DNA of 63,623 nucleotides, counting the filler, from Saprolegnia diclina VS20 (Eukaryota): assembly GCF_000281045.1 (NCBI RefSeq). It is 6 parts of 2 records of this genome, joined end to end, with 100 filler letters (N's around TTAATTAATTAA, not from the genome) between each part and the next. Parts side by side here need not be neighbours in the genome. Positions count along the whole stretch, not along the records: positions 19,774 to 42,130 come from NW_008246123.1; positions 42,231 to 48,298 come from NW_008246123.1; 4 more parts are not named here. The stretch is one strand, 5' to 3'. Position 1 is the first letter of the stretch. Every line of letters begins with the position of its first letter. Position numbers and translations under genes: made by a program. Under the pieces are notes generated by a model. That model saw nothing but the letters and a program-made list of their open reading frames with translations. It was not told the DNA's origin and searched no databases. Positions 34,408 through 44,613 of this stretch are shown here, in pieces.

Positions 34408-35905
34408 TTATAAGAACTGCGGAATCAACGGCGTGCCGCCATCGAGGTACAACGGCTTGGTCTCGGACGACGACGACGACGACGCCGACGCCGAGGGGGC
34501 CGGCGATGCGACATCGGCACGACACAGCGGGCAGTTGCGCTCGCGGTCAAACCACTCGCAGACGCACTCTTCGCAAAACATGTGCGAACAGCGGAGCTGG
34601 ACCGGCGTGTGCATGGCGTCGTAGCAGATCGAACACTCGGGGTTGCCGGCCTCTGCGAGCGCTGCGGGCGTCACGTACGCTCCAAACTCGAGCGAGAAGG
34701 TCACGAGCGACTTGAGCACATCGTAGATCTTTTGAGCTTGGCCGCCAAGCACATACCCCTAACCACGGCAGTATGGACGTTTGGACTGCGATATGGACGA
34801 ACGCACCTTGAAGCCGAGATACGCAAGGGCAAAGACGTCGGCTACGATTTTCGACGCACACGCCTACGTATCGACATGGCACCGGTCCTGCAGGAGACGA
34901 GTGTCAACCTGGTAGTAGGAGCACCACGGAATTGCGGCGACCATCGTGCGCAGGAAGAGCGTGGTAAACTCAATGAGCGCGTAGAGTTTGCGCTACGATC
35001 GCATGAGATAACACGTCGTCTTGGCGCATGAACCTTGCGCCGGTACATGGAGGCGACGTTGACGTTGGGACCACGGCCGCAGAGCGGTGCGAGCTTCTCG
35101 AGCTTTGTGATCGCGACGAGCGCCTTGCACGTCATGCCCATGAAGCGCAAAATGTAGTCTACGCAAAGAGGATGACTGGTAGACCCTAGAGGCAGGCTGA
35201 TACCGTTGGCCATGACGGCCCAGAGCACGTCGCCGAGGCTGCCGGCTTGCTTGTCGTCGAGCTTCTTGAGGAACGTGTCGTAGGGCGTGATGTCGCCGTT
35301 GAGGGACGCAATCGCAAAGAGGTCGATGAGGCACACGACGATGATGCCAAGAAGCGAGCAGACGCTCGACTTGTCCTTGAGCGCGACTTGCTCGCGGAAC
35401 CGAATGTCGAGCGTAACGATCGCGATCGTGCCAATGACAAAGCCGGCAATGCCCTTCGTGTGCTGGTACGAGAGGTACAAGAGCAGCAAGATCGAGAAGG
35501 GCAGGACGTTCTGGAAGCGCCGAAAGAGCTGCCGCATCTCGGACCGCAGCTGGTCGTCTAACAAGGCGGAAAATGAGGTTGGCATGGACGTGCACGCGTA
35601 CCGGACGACGACTCGTCGGTCGCTGCACGCACTGGCTCTGGCCCATCGTCTTGATCTAGCAAGAGCGACGCCGTGTCGCTGGCGTCGTCGGTCGGCGAAG
35701 CATGCGTCGATGCCACGGGGCTGTTGGGAGGTGGCACGACGCCGCCTGGGAACAAGAGAGACAGCGGCGACGACAAGGTCCGAAGAAGGCCGTGCCGGCT
35801 GCCAGCGCCAGTTGCACCCAAGGCGCTTGATGGCCGGTCGGTCGGCGCCGCTGCCATCGGCGACGTCGGGGTCACGGCCACGCCCGGGTCGACCTCATTG
35901 TCCAT
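34408..35905 (-). CDS. RING finger and transmembrane domain protein (RNFT1/2-like), multi-exon
   Basis: Several TM segments, FREQVALK, and C3HC4 RING CSICYD...CSHMFCEECVCEWFDRERNCPLCR. Confidence 0.8.
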
Positions 35906-35982
35906 TGTCGTCTGAAACCCGAATATGCAACGTGATTAAAAACACGCAACTTTGGGCTGCGACATGCAAGAGTGAAGGAAGA

Positions 35983-36774
35983 ATGGCACCGAAAGCCGCC
36001 AAGCGCAAGCAGGCGAGCAGCAAGCTAGCGCCCGTGGCCGCGCCAGCCGCGCCCGCGCCCGCCGGCGCCTTTGCCTACGAGTTCGAGAAGAAGGTTGGTT
36101 ATGCGTCCTCGTTTCTCGAGGCCGACCGGGCCGCGTATCTCGCGCCGCCGACGTTCACGTCGCTCTACGACGGGTCGATCCAGAGCTTGACCAACCTCCT
36201 GACCAAGGCCGAGTGCCAAGACGCGATCGCGTTCTCCAAGAAGCTCGGGTACGTCCGCGTGACGCAGGCAGCGAACAGCGAGTACGCTTTTCGAGACAAC
36301 GACCGACTCCTCTTCCAGTCGACGGACCTCGCGGGCCAGCTCTGGGCGCGGCTAGCGCCGCTGCTGGCCGACTCGTCCTTCGACATGACGAACGCCGTCG
36401 GGTGCAACCCGGCCATGCGCTTCTACCGGTACAAGACGGGCCAAGCTTTTGGGTGCCACGTCGACGAGAGCATTCTGCACCCAGTGACGGGCTATCGCAG
36501 CGCGTATACACTGCTCATCTACCTCAACGACGAGAAGGACTCGGACTTGGTCGGCGGCCACACGCTCTTCTACACGAGCACGACGAGTCAGACGAAGAAG
36601 AAGCGGAAGGGCAAGCCGACCGACGGACCGACGCCCGTTCTCGACGTCGGTCCGGACACGGGCAAGGCGCTGTTGCATGGCCACGGCGAACACTGCCTCG
36701 AGCACGAAGGCCAGCGCGTCGAGCGAGGTGAAAAGTACGTGCTTCGGTCCGACATTATGTTTCAGCGGTCCTAA
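35983..36774 (+). CDS. 2-oxoglutarate/Fe(II) oxygenase (prolyl 4-hydroxylase-like)
   Basis: RFYRY..GQAFGCHVD, TLLIYLN, GGHT, HEG, KYVLRSDIMF. Confidence 0.85.
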   Translation: MAPKAAKRKQASSKLAPVAAPAAPAPAGAFAYEFEKKVGYASSFLEADRAAYLAPPTFTSLYDGSIQSLTNLLTKAECQDAIAFSKKLGYVRVTQAANSEYAFRDNDRLLFQSTDLAGQLWARLAPLLADSSFDMTNAVGCNPAMRFYRYKTGQAFGCHVDESILHPVTGYRSAYTLLIYLNDEKDSDLVGGHTLFYTSTTSQTKKKRKGKPTDGPTPVLDVGPDTGKALLHGHGEHCLEHEGQRVERGEKYVLRSDIMFQRS

Positions 36775-36984
36775 GTCTTCTCAATAAGTCCGGATGCTGC
36801 AGCAGTCTTAAGTCTTATGTCCTCCGCACCGAAAATGAGTTTTTGCCTGTCGTCCTCTTGGTCGATTCTGCACTACCAAGTATTACAACTCAAAGAGTCG
36901 ATATGCATTAGGTCAAAGATAGTTTATATGTTTAAATGCGAAAAGGATTAGGGATTAGGGTTGATGAGAGTGAGTCCCTCACGC

Positions 36985-38772
36985 TTAGTTGCGCCGTTTG
37001 TGCGACGGCGGCTGGTTGAGGTGGCCCTGCGGCTTTTGCGGCGCCGCCTTGTTGCCCTGGCCCTGGCGCGGGCCCTGGTTCGGACCACGGTTCTGGTTCT
37101 GGCCGCGGTTCTGGGCGGGCGGCGCGTAGTCGGCAACGCGCAGGCCCATGTTCTGGAGCCCCATCTTGCCAATCGTCTTCTTCTGGAGCGCGGGCACTTC
37201 GGCGAGACCGACGACGACGCTGTACTCGGCCGCCATGCTCACGAGGCGTTCCTTGGTCAGGCCGAGACGCTTCAAGTTGGAGTTGTAGTAGCCGAGCCAC
37301 GCCTGGTACGCCTGTTCGGCCGCCTGCTGAAGCGCCTTGTCCGCCGCGCAGCGCTGCACGACCGGCGCGACGCGGCTCGCGCTCGTCGACGGCACGGGCC
37401 GCGTCGTCATCGGCATGTCGGACACGTCCTTGAGGAACCGCTTCTCAAACTCCGAGAGAAGCAAGACGCCTTCACCGTCGCGGCCAGCACGACCCGTGCG
37501 GCCGAGGCGATGGATGTACTGCTCGCGGTCCGTCAAGCCCACTTGCACGATGAAGCTGACGCCCGGGTAGTCGACACCACGCGCCGAGACATCGGACGAG
37601 AACATGATGAGGTTGTCGCGCTGCCGGAAGGTCTCGGCCACCTTGGTGCGGTGGCTTTGCGACTTGCGCGAGTGCATCTCGATGATCGGGTACCCAGCCT
37701 TCTCAAAGACGGCCGCCATGTAGCCGGCGGCGCGGGCGGTCGGGAAGAAGGCCATGATCTTGTACCCGTCCGGCGACGCCGCAATGTGCTCGAGGAGAAG
37801 CGCTTCGAGCGCGACGATGTGCTCCTCGAGCTTGCACACGATGACCGACTGGTTGACCTGCGCGTTCGTCTGATCTTCCTCGCCGACCGTGTCGACGTAC
37901 TCGTAGTTCTTCTTGAGCGCAAGGCGCTTCATGTCCTCGAGCGACGACGGCAGCGTCGCCGAGAAGAGGAGCGTCTGGCGCGCCGTCGGCAAGTACGACA
38001 AGATGCGCTCGATTTCGTCGCGGAACCCCATGTCGAGGAGGCGGTCGGCTTCGTCGAGGACGAGCACTTGCACGTGGCGCAAGCGGCCTTGCATGCCACC
38101 CGTGTCATTCTTGATGTGGTCATGGAGGCGGCCGGGCGTGGCCACGAGGATGGCAAAGCCTTGGGGTTGCTGCAACTTGCGAAGGTCCTTGGACATGCTC
38201 GTGCCACCGACCATGCACGCCACGGGAATGTTCTTGTGGAACGTCGTGAGTTTCTTGGCCTCGACGTCGATCTGCGAGGCCAGTTCACGCGTCGGCGAGA
38301 GGATGAGCGCCAAGATCTCGTTGCTGTGGCGCGTCGTCTTGGCGAGCGTCTCGATCGTCGGCAAAAGAAAAGCCATGGTCTTACCCGTACCCGTCTTGGA
38401 CTTGGCAAGCACATCCTTGCCCTGCATCACGATCGGCAGCGTCTCGTTCTGGACCTTGGTCATCTTGTCGTACTTCATCACGTCCGAGAGCGCTTGCGCC
38501 GACTCCTTCGAGATGCTCAGCGACTTGAACGAGACGTCGCTCAAATGAACGATGGACGTGGCGGTGCTTTCGCGGGCAGGCGCCGGCGGCGGGCCCACGG
38601 CCTGGGCAGTCGGCAGGGCCACAACCTCAGGCGCCGGCGTGGCCTTGAGCTTCTTGGGCATGGTCGGCGCGGGCGAGGCTACGGGCGTAGCGTCGTCGGT
38701 CGCGGCCTTGTTCTTTCGCTTCCAGTGGTTGCGGTTGCGCTTCGGTTTGGTGCTGGCTGCTTGGCTGTCCAT
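36985..38772 (-). CDS. DEAD-box RNA helicase (Mss116-like)
   Basis: Q motif, SKTGTGKT, PTRELA, TPGRL, DEAD, SAT, ARGVD, HRLGRTGR. Confidence 0.93.
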   Translation of the reverse strand: MDSQAASTKPKRNRNHWKRKNKAATDDATPVASPAPTMPKKLKATPAPEVVALPTAQAVGPPPAPARESTATSIVHLSDVSFKSLSISKESAQALSDVMKYDKMTKVQNETLPIVMQGKDVLAKSKTGTGKTMAFLLPTIETLAKTTRHSNEILALILSPTRELASQIDVEAKKLTTFHKNIPVACMVGGTSMSKDLRKLQQPQGFAILVATPGRLHDHIKNDTGGMQGRLRHVQVLVLDEADRLLDMGFRDEIERILSYLPTARQTLLFSATLPSSLEDMKRLALKKNYEYVDTVGEEDQTNAQVNQSVIVCKLEEHIVALEALLLEHIAASPDGYKIMAFFPTARAAGYMAAVFEKAGYPIIEMHSRKSQSHRTKVAETFRQRDNLIMFSSDVSARGVDYPGVSFIVQVGLTDREQYIHRLGRTGRAGRDGEGVLLLSEFEKRFLKDVSDMPMTTRPVPSTSASRVAPVVQRCAADKALQQAAEQAYQAWLGYYNSNLKRLGLTKERLVSMAAEYSVVVGLAEVPALQKKTIGKMGLQNMGLRVADYAPPAQNRGQNQNRGPNQGPRQGQGNKAAPQKPQGHLNQPPSHKRRN

Positions 38773-39521
38773 GGTGCTTCTGGTTGCTGCGGTGGAGAAT
38801 CAAAGCTGCGACCTTGCAGGGGCCGGAGGCTGTATTCGGCACATGCCGAATCTATGACACGCGCACCAACCAATGGCTCGCTTAAATTCGGGACACCTAA
38901 GCCAATCAAAGCGCGCGCGGTTGTCCGTCACAGCCAATCACCGCGCGCCATGGCCTCGAAAGATCGCTTTCGCCGAGAGATGGATCCGAATGTGCACAAG
39001 ATGTCATGCAGCTTACGCTAGAACGACTAGCAACGACGAGGAGAACTTTCTAGGAATTTGCGAAGAGCACATGCGTCGAGGTCTTGATATGGGAGTCGAG
39101 AGGCGCACAAGCTCTAGTACGTAGTAGTAGGGTTTGGCGGTGCTATACATTGTACAATATGAGCACCGCCACACACATATGTATATCCTGACGTGGCGCT
39201 ACAGTACGGTGCACACGTGGCGCGTATCGATCACAGAGGGGCGCACAGATGATGATGTGAGGGCACGCGTCGCTGACGCACCCACCATGCGAAGGAGACT
39301 AGGGTGTGGCGTGGCAAGGCGGTGCCGTAGACAGCGCGAAGGGTGTGTAAAGGCCATGAGGTTGCCCGGCGCGGCCAACTTGGGCAAGCGAGTGGATCTC
39401 GTAAATTCGTTGCACTTTGCCAGGTCATGTGCACTTTGCCAGGTCGTTGCAGTTATCGCGGGTCCAAAACGGGCGGTTTCGGAATTTAAATTTCGTTTTC
39501 ATTTCTCAATTTGCTCAGACC

Positions 39522-39976
39522 ATGGCGTTCCTCCGGCATATCAACCTGCTCGCGCGGCTGACAGCCCGATTCCAAGACGCCCAGGCCGCAGACGCGATCG
39601 ACCTCACGGGCGACGATCAAGCCGTCCCGCGCGGCTTGTTCGTGGACGTCTTTAGCGCGCCCTGACGCCCGACCTACGAAGATGGTCGACTCGAGTTGCC
39701 GGACGCGATCGCGCTGCACCTTGCGGCTATGCTCAAGCCCGACGCGTCGAAGAAGTGGGGCGACGTCGACGCTGTCCGGCGCGCGATGGCCGACGTCGGC
39801 CGGTCCCTGTCCCGCGTCTGTTGCTGCAGTGACGACCTCTGCGACCTACTCGATATTTTTGGCCACGGAGCCGAGCGAGCCGATCAAATGTACGTTCGCC
39901 AACTCTATCGGCATTTCGATCTCATGAGTGCGATAGATTTGAAGCGTACCGAGAAACGATGGACCACTACATTAAG
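39522..39976 (+). CDS. 5' part of a hypothetical protein (in-frame TGA at 39663; continues in the reversed contig at 20689-20237)
   Basis: INR-like motif then ATG; intron about 39890-39936; ends FEAYRETMDHYIK at the gap. Confidence 0.5.
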
Positions 39977-40212
39977 NNNNNNNNNNNNNNNNNNNNNNNN
40001 NNNNNNNNNNNNNNNNNNNNNNNNNNNNNNNNNNNNNNNNNNNNNNNNNNNNNNNNNNNNNNNNNNNNNNNNNNNNGGCGATCGAGACTGCGTGGTCGAA
40101 TCTGTCGAGCGTCAACCTCACGACATTGGTTGACTCGATGAACAAGCGCTGTGTCGCGGTTCTCATGAAGCAAGGCTCGGAGATCGACGTGAAGGTACTT
40201 TAGCAAGGCTAA

Positions 40213-41022
40213 GGGTGCGTTCGGTTCACCGCGTACTTTCAAAGCACATATCGCAAATCCGCATAACTTCGATTGCATGGTTTTTCGATACGTGCTTTTT
40301 GTTACGCGGATTGCAAAATCGCGTTCGGTTCATCGATGTACGCCGACTTTGGGATTTTTAGGACAGCGCATGGATGGTCCTGCGCGACGCGACCCGAGCG
40401 GCAAGCGTGGGTCCTCAATGCGATGAGTGGCGGCGTACTAGTACTAGTACAAGATAAGCGCTTGAGACATCTGTCGACGGCGCATACCCTCTATGCGCTA
40501 CTCCTCCTCATACGCCTCGTGCCGGCTTCGCTAGGGGCTGCTTGGTGGCGCGACGAGTTAGCGGGCGCTCGACCTCGGTGAGAGCGCTTGTCGAGTCGAT
40601 GAGCAAGCAACACGACGCGCTCTGCGTGTGTACTATAAGTCTCACAAATCTAACCTAGCGCGCCCGTCGTCCGCGGCTGCATGCGCTCCCTGGTCCTTCC
40701 AAGCGTGTCGACTTGGCGCGCTGCGGTCATGGTCGCGGCCATGTCGCTGCTGGAAATCAAATCAGGGATCTGTGAAAAAAGGACCCAAATTAGGTTTTTC
40801 CGATCGAGGGCAGGATATATCCCAAAGCATCCCAACGTTCGCCGCTGGTTTGTGTCGGCTGGCCGGCCGAGGCGTTTTTTGAAAATACGTGCTTTGGCGG
40901 CAAAGTTCGCCAAGTTACGCGGATTTGAACCGAATGCCCCGCGTAACATATTTTTCTCGAAGTTACGTGGATGGCCTCGAAGTACGTGAAAAGCACGTGC
41001 TTTGGACGAACCGAACGCACCC
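40213..41022. mobile_element. Non-autonomous PIF/Harbinger-type (Tourist-like) MITE, 810 bp
   Basis: Perfect 15-bp TIRs GGGTGCGTTCGGTTC (40213-40227) and GAACCGAACGCACCC (41008-41022), TAA on both sides (40210-40212, 41023-41025), internal TIR-like copies, no transposase ORF. Confidence 0.88.
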
Positions 41023-41785
41023 TAATTCTTGGACAAGTAGACAGTCGTCTCCCGCCAACCAGTGCCATGGTCTCGAGGAGGCTATATCAAGCGTGTTGTG
41101 TCTGGTTTGGTCAAGCCATGCCAGGCTGACGCAAGCGTGTATCGCTGGAGAGTTATGACTCCAGAAAGCGAGTTGCCTAGAGTCTGGGTAGCTTGTGTAC
41201 GTGGTGTAGATTGAATAGTGCTTAGTGCCATATACGGATGATGTCCGGTAGCGACCCTATATGGTAGTGACACATCGAAGAGCCTCTTGACGATGGTCTC
41301 ACCCTGCACAGCCTATCGTCCTATCCACAACGCTGGCCTCCATCGTCTCAGTTCACAATCCGCCTTCGTGGAGTAGCACAATACAACTGCCTGCTTCCTG
41401 GGAGATGGCTCTCCCTCGCTGCGTTGTTTGCGTTGCACCGCGGAAGCCACCACAAGCGTCAACAAGAAGTGATATTGTGCAATACTGGCGTGGAAGCAAT
41501 AATTATAGCCTCACTCTAGAAGTTAGAAACCAATAGGATTCGCTAAAGGTACTCCGGATAAATTCAAAGCTTTTTGATTGGCGCTCTAGTGGATGGCACA
41601 CACGTGGCGCAACTTCGCCAGTCACTTTGCAATTACCGACCGAGAAAAACAGCGACAGGTACGCAGACGCAACTGCTATAACCTCATTTGACCGCGGAGA
41701 CTGCTCCAAGTTTCTCGGTTACCATGACCTTATGGAGCAACTTTGAGTTATGTATAACGGTTGACGCTTCTGTAGCGAGCGACTT

Positions 41786-42130
41786 ATGCCCCGAGGAACG
41801 AGTTTGACGCCCAGCGAGCGCGAGAGGATTCTGGCTTTGAACCAGTCGGGCCTCTCCAACCGGGCGATCGCCAAGGAGCTCAACCGCTCTCCCAAGGTTG
41901 TCAACAGCTTTTTGAAAAGCCCAAACGACTACAACACGGCAAAGCGACCAGGTCGCAAGCCCACGCTCACTCCGGACGCGCTTCGGCAACTCGTCGCGGC
42001 GGCGTCCGAAGGCGTTTTCACTGCCCGAGAGCTGCGCGTCGACCAACAAGTTCCCCTCGGAGTTCGCCGCATCCAGCAGATCCTCTCGAGCGCCGAGATC
42101 TCTTCGCGCGTAGAGATACCGAAAATGACA
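41786..42130 (+). mobile_element. Tc1/mariner (Tc3-like) transposase N-terminal DNA-binding fragment
   Basis: MPRGTSLT..ER..ILAL...GLSNRAIAKELNRS..VV..FLK.P..Y....RPGRKPTL is the paired-like HTH plus GRPR-like motif. Runs into a gap; no DDE domain visible. Confidence 0.8.
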
Positions 42131-42230
42131 NNNNNNNNNNNNNNNNNNNNNNNNNNNNNNNNNNNNNNNNNNNNTTAATTAATTAANNNNNNNNNNNNNN
42201 NNNNNNNNNNNNNNNNNNNNNNNNNNNNNN

Positions 42231-43589
42231 CGCCGCAAGCCGTACATCCTCGGCGGCTGGACCGTCACGGCCGTACTGCTTGCCTATTTGGCATCGCGTC
42301 CAGCGGGCGCCGGCGCCCCCGACCCAGAGGCAACCCACAACGGGTCGTCGCTTGCGCTTGTCTGCACGGTGGTGTGCTTTGCCATGATCATCGCCGACGT
42401 GGCCCAAGACGCGCTAACGCTCTCGTACTCACAGCGCGAACCCGCGGCGACGCGCGGTCGTCTCATCTCGCTCGTGTACGCCGTCCGCAATTTCACCAAC
42501 ACAATCATCTCGCTCATCTCCGGCTTTTGCCTCAACTCGACGCGGTATGGCGGCAGTTTTGACTGGGACATTGGCCTCAACGCCTTCTTCTGGGTCTTGA
42601 CGGTCCCGGTTGTCCTCAACGTGCCGATCGTATACTTTTTCCTTCAGGACGACAAGACGCCGCGTGTGGTCTTTCGCCACTACATCAAGGAGCTCTGGGA
42701 CCTCCTCCAACTGCGCGTTGTGTGGCAAGTGCTCCTCTTCAACTTCATCTTTGGCGCGTTCACAGGCATTGGGTCCACCGCCGGCGGCTACGTCAAGCTC
42801 TACTGGGCCAAAGTCTACAACCTCAACAGCACCGCCATGCACGCGCTGAGCAACTTTATCTACATTGGCATGCTCGTCGCCATGGGCAAGTACGGTACTG
42901 GCTGGAACTGGCGCTTCGTCATCGTCGCGACCACGATCGTCACCAACGTCATCGACGCCGCTGTCATGTTCTGTACGATCTTTGACGTTGTCCGCAACCA
43001 GTGGTTCTTCCTCGGCGTCCCGATCGCCGAGACGATTCCGAGCGCAATGAACTCGATGGTGAGCATGTTTGTCGTCGCCGAGCTCGCGACGATCGGCAAC
43101 GAAGGCGTCATGTACGGCCTCGTCACCACGATCATCAACCTCCCGGGCGTCTTTTGCTCGATGATCACCAACGTCATCAACGTGCCCTTCCACATTTCGT
43201 CCAAGCGCATCAAGGCCGACTCGGACGAGATCCGCACTGACGTCGCATGGACGTACCTGATTGGGTACAGCTTGACCTTGCTCGGCTGCCTCTTTATTTT
43301 CCTGCTGCCGAATCAAAAAGCCGCGGTCGCCGAGCTCAAGCGCACCGGCGGCAGCTACCCGCGCGTCGCCGCCTTCCTCTTCTTTGCGTTCATCACAATT
43401 TTGTCCGTCTCGGTAACGGGCACGTTGGCGTCCATGTACGACGAGACGAGCTGCACGCTCCTCGCGGGCGGCGACGGCTGTGAGGAAGGCGCGTCGCAGC
43501 TCTACTTGCTCGGGTTTACCATCCCGTCGCTGCTCTCGATCGTCGGGATCTTTGCCGTCAAGTGGCACAGCTCCAAGGAGAGCGCTTAA
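42231..43589 (+). CDS. Folate-biopterin transporter (FBT/BT1, MFS), 5' end in gap
   Basis: RRKPY, ADVAQDAL, RNQWFFLG, GNEGVMYGL, LLPNQK and multiple TMs. Confidence 0.88.
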   Translation, partial: RRKPYILGGWTVTAVLLAYLASRPAGAGAPDPEATHNGSSLALVCTVVCFAMIIADVAQDALTLSYSQREPAATRGRLISLVYAVRNFTNTIISLISGFCLNSTRYGGSFDWDIGLNAFFWVLTVPVVLNVPIVYFFLQDDKTPRVVFRHYIKELWDLLQLRVVWQVLLFNFIFGAFTGIGSTAGGYVKLYWAKVYNLNSTAMHALSNFIYIGMLVAMGKYGTGWNWRFVIVATTIVTNVIDAAVMFCTIFDVVRNQWFFLGVPIAETIPSAMNSMVSMFVVAELATIGNEGVMYGLVTTIINLPGVFCSMITNVINVPFHISSKRIKADSDEIRTDVAWTYLIGYSLTLLGCLFIFLLPNQKAAVAELKRTGGSYPRVAAFLFFAFITILSVSVTGTLASMYDETSCTLLAGGDGCEEGASQLYLLGFTIPSLLSIVGIFAVKWHSSKESA

Positions 43590-44613
43590 GATGGACTTTC
43601 GATTCCATTCGGAGCGAACACGTCGTTCCTATGCTGTTGTCGTCGTTACTGCAAATGAAAAATAAATTGGCTTTGCATATCTTGTTTCCAGGCGAAGAGC
43701 GTACAGCGAATGTACACGAGGACCAAGTCGGCCACTCCTCCATCGAATCAGGTTCTGGGGACCTGACCGACAGAAATCTTTGTTCACCTGGCGTCTCGTC
43801 CATCTCGACAAGCAGTGAGTGTCGGTGGTCGCGTTTTGAAGTCAACACCGGGTAGACAAAGGCGTCCCCCGCCCTGCCACGCTACCGCTAGAGTTCTTCC
43901 GGCACAGCTTAGTTCGTGTCGTAGCCAGGTGCACACGGGTGGCACGGGGCGCAGCCAGATCCCTCGATCGCACGGTACCGCAGCACAGTCTTGTTCTTTT
44001 GAGCGCGTTTGAGCGGATAGAACAACGCTTGCCGCGGCGTCTCATGGGTTTGTGTTGCTCGACGGGCGTGCTTTCGGCCCCGAAGTGGTGAGCGGTCGTG
44101 ACGACGAGGGACACTGCGTCATCGCGTCGCAGCCGATTACTCCATACAGCACTAGATAAGGTGTATAACCTTTATGAACGGCATCGAACGCATAGAAAAC
44201 AAAACTGCCGTGCGACGAGCCGATTCATTCTCAGAGACGCGCCTCGTGGACCGTCCAAAAACACACCACCAAAACACATGTTTTCGAGGGAGCGGTTCGG
44301 AGCATCAAATTCCAATGCCAGGCGCAACGCTTGCTTGCTGCGCCCGCTTTGAGCAGGACTAGATGCAGTCGTAGACACCTCGAGAAGATAGAATCCTCGA
44401 TGTGCTGGTCAGCATTAGCTTAGCACAGGCGATCCTTGTGCAAGGATTCAAGGCACCCACGGAGCGGTCATCTTCATCCCACTACACCCATCGCGTCACC
44501 CGACCCCGTGCCACGATGTTTGCCGGTCCTCCTTGCCTTTTGGTTGTGCCACCTTATATACCGGTGCTGCGCCGATCGCTCATTTTCAATTTCCCTCTTT
44601 GATCGACACCCCG

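Noticed and set aside
36945..36963. Telomere-like GGATTAGGGATTAGGGTT (also degenerate AAACCCTAGACCCTA near 19233)
   Set aside because: Only two or three degenerate units; not distinguishable from chance or 3' UTR low complexity.
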